The position numbers and the translations under genes were made by a program. Shown piece after piece: positions 61,513-64,000 of a DNA stretch of 64,000 bases (its first letter is position 1; each line of letters begins with the position of its first letter). Location of the stretch: NCBI RefSeq assembly GCF_000315625.1, contig NW_005434657.1:83539-147538 (forward strand). Reading direction: 5' to 3'. The stretch comes from Guillardia theta CCMP2712. Lineage: Eukaryota; Protista; Cryptophyta. The notes under the pieces are model-generated. The model saw only the letters and a program-made list of their open reading frames with translations, was not told the origin of the DNA and made no database searches.

Positions 61513-61629
<117 letters not shown>

Positions 61630-61825
61630 ACGATGGAAAATAGACTCAAATTGTCAAGGAGTCCTGCTGGTCAACGAGAAGTGGAGGGCAGATGAGGGAT
61701 AGGTCACCTCACAACATACTATTTTTAACTGATAGAACAAATCGACCTCGTGGAAACGACGTGACTACCAGTCGCAACACTCGTTGACCTGCCTGCAGGC
61801 GACTCGTCCTCCCGCATTCAGGACC

Positions 61826-64000
61826 ATGGGAAGGGGAGGAGCGATCAAGAAACCAAAGATAAGGCGGTATGTGACCCTGCGGATGTTTCCGACCGGTGAT
61901 GACAAGCTCTGATAGTGATGCGAGTGGGAAATCCTTTCAAGATGCAGACGCAGCGCAAGAGTGAGATCAGTTCATATTCTCTTGTTGCATCTCCTCACCA
62001 TTTCTGCTCCTTCAAACAGGGAGCATCATGTCATGGAAATCGGGGACAAGTACTTTCAGCATGCGCTCGTCATGCGCGCTGAGAAGGATCTGCGTCCCTC
62101 GAGGTACTGCCTACGTGAAGGCACTTGACTTGAAGATTGATGATTCATCCAGCTCTTTGAAGAAAGTTTTCGGAATCGGCCCAAAGGTATTCCTCCCTCC
62201 TCCTCCCTCCTCCTCCTCCTCCTCCTCCTCCTTCTCCTCCTCCAAATTTCTCTCCTTCGCAAACACCACCATCTCATCGCTTTCCTCTCTAGGTCGGGTT
62301 GCTTCCGGGCTCGAAGATTCTGCACCCGTACTCCCCGTTCTCTCACAGCGTCTCATTCCTCTCCTCCTTGCTCCTCCTCTACACCTCCGTCTCCAGCGCA
62401 TACAACGCAGGATTCTACTGGAAGGCCGACGGATGTTTCAAAACGTGATTTACATTGGTGCCCCTTTCCTTCCCTGTGCTGAGATCGCGCGCAGGCCAAC
62501 CCTGTACATGGACGCGTTTGTGGACACGTTCTTCCTGATTGAGATTGTCCTGAACTTCTTCACGGGAATCTACGTAGCCGGGGAGTACTGTGACGACCTG
62601 TACATAGTGTCAAGGAGGTACTTCCTCCAAGGGTTCTTCTTCGACCTCCTCACGTCGATCCCGGCGTCTTACTTTGAGGTAAAACATCCTCTGCCTTCTC
62701 CTCCTCCTCTGTCGTTGTCTCCCTCCCTCCACTTGCTGCTCTCCCCCCCCTCCCCCTCCCTCCCTCCCTCCCTCCCATCCCCCTCTCTTCCATCCTCCCT
62801 CCCTCCCTCCCTCCCAAGTAAAGACTTCACCGAACAACACACTCCTTCCTGCTCTGCGCTGATCTACACGTGCAGATCGCAACAGTGTCGGGATGCAAGG
62901 GGAAGGGCAGAACAGTGATCAGGCGATGAGGCTCCTCCGTCTCCTCAAGCCGATCCGCCTCCTCAAGATGCTGCGAACCTTCCGAGCGGTCAACATGCTG
63001 CAGTCGCAGCTGCCCCGAGGAAGCGAGCTCTACTCGTGGATCTCAGGAAAACTTCGGCTGCCGAGCTTCGTATCGAGGGTGATCAAGGTCATGCTGGTGA
63101 TCGTGCTAGTCGAGCACGCCGCCGCCTCGCTCTTCTGGCTGGTGAAGGAGAACTCCAACACCTTCGAGCAAGTCCAGGCTTTCCTGATCGACAACAACGT
63201 GCACACCTGTGACGAATACTACTCGTCGAGGTGCATGACTGACAAGTACATCGTCGTGAGTAGCTACCTGCCTTCCTGTCGCAGCCCTGCGAATCTGATC
63301 TGTCTTGCAGGCGACTTACTTCGTCGTCATCACCTTCAACACGATCGGCTTCGGCGACATCTCAGCGGTCAACACGCAGGAGAGGCTCATGTGCATCCTC
63401 TTCTCCTACATCTCCGCCATGCTCTTTGGCGCCCTGCTGGCAGAAGTCCAGGAGGCGATGATGCAGGTCAATCAGCACGCGCGAGACAAGTCGTCGCTGC
63501 TCAACCGCCTGGGAGACTTCATGGAGTCTGCCAACCTCAGCCGCACCTTCCAGTTCAAGATCCTGTCCTGGGTTGACTTCGAGCATGACTCGGAGAGGGG
63601 CAGGGGGAAGGAGGAGGAGGTCCTGTCCCTCCTCTGCCCCAACCTCGCTTGCGACTTGAAGTTGTTCCTCCACTCCTCCATGTTCACCAGCATCAGCCAC
63701 TTCAACAACATCGTCGACGACAGGAGGGAACTGTTCATAGTCGCTCTGTGGGACCATCTTGCCTGCATGCTGTTCCCTGCCCTCTCCCGCATCGCTGACT
63801 TCTCCAAGTCCAGGGAGGCGTGCGGCCTCTACTTTGTCACCAAGGGATCGGCCGTCGTCCTGCACGACAGCGGGGCTGTCATCTGCTCCGTTCCCCATGG
63901 CTCCCACTACGGCGAGAATATCCTGATGGGGAAGGGGAACGGGCCCGAGGGTCTCGAGCTCTGGTCGGTTACCAACGTCGAGACTCTCTTCCTCTCCCGC
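61826..64000 (+). CDS. Voltage-gated K+ channel of the KCNH/CNG (cyclic-nucleotide-binding-domain) superfamily, 3' partial
   Basis: ILHPYSPF; DAFVDTFFLIEIVLNFFTG; YFLQGFFFDLLTSIP; S4 RLLRLLKPIRLLKMLRTFR; pore YFVVITFNTIGFGDI (TIGFGD at 63341-63358); C-linker; CNBD GLYFVTKG..GSHYGE. Confidence 0.92.

Overview
Eukaryotic nuclear DNA from a draft assembly with six N-gaps. It is gene-dense, with many ~45-60 nt GT-AG introns carrying CTGAC-type branch points, and some introns are inflated by microsatellites. The intron style, an 'AVSA-F' bipartite plastid presequence and a phytochrome fused to a eukaryotic kinase point to a cryptophyte alga of the Guillardia theta type (inference). Most genes had to be spliced by hand from the sequence, so exon boundaries are approximate. 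Recognisable genes: SDHAF2/Sdh5; an LCAT/group XV PLA2-type lipase; a 13-exon phytochrome (PAS-GAF-PHY-PAS-kinase N-lobe); a plastid-targeted EF-hand/DUF6817-like protein; a giant secreted tandem-LysM protein; a LamG+IPT/TIG surface protein; ZMYND10; MRG15/Eaf3; an F420-dependent NADP oxidoreductase-fold protein; a Cys-rich single-pass receptor-like protein; and a KCNH/CNG-type K+ channel. The most interesting locus is the phytochrome. It keeps the bilin-attachment Cys, but the DIP Asp, the axial His, the Cph1 Tyr176- and Tyr263-equivalents and PRxSF are all replaced, and it ends in only half of a Ser/Thr kinase. It sits head-to-head with the plastid Ca2+-binding HD-like protein. A recurrent GGGGTAGGGT / CAAATGGGGGT motif cluster marks the divergent (head-to-head) intergenic regions.
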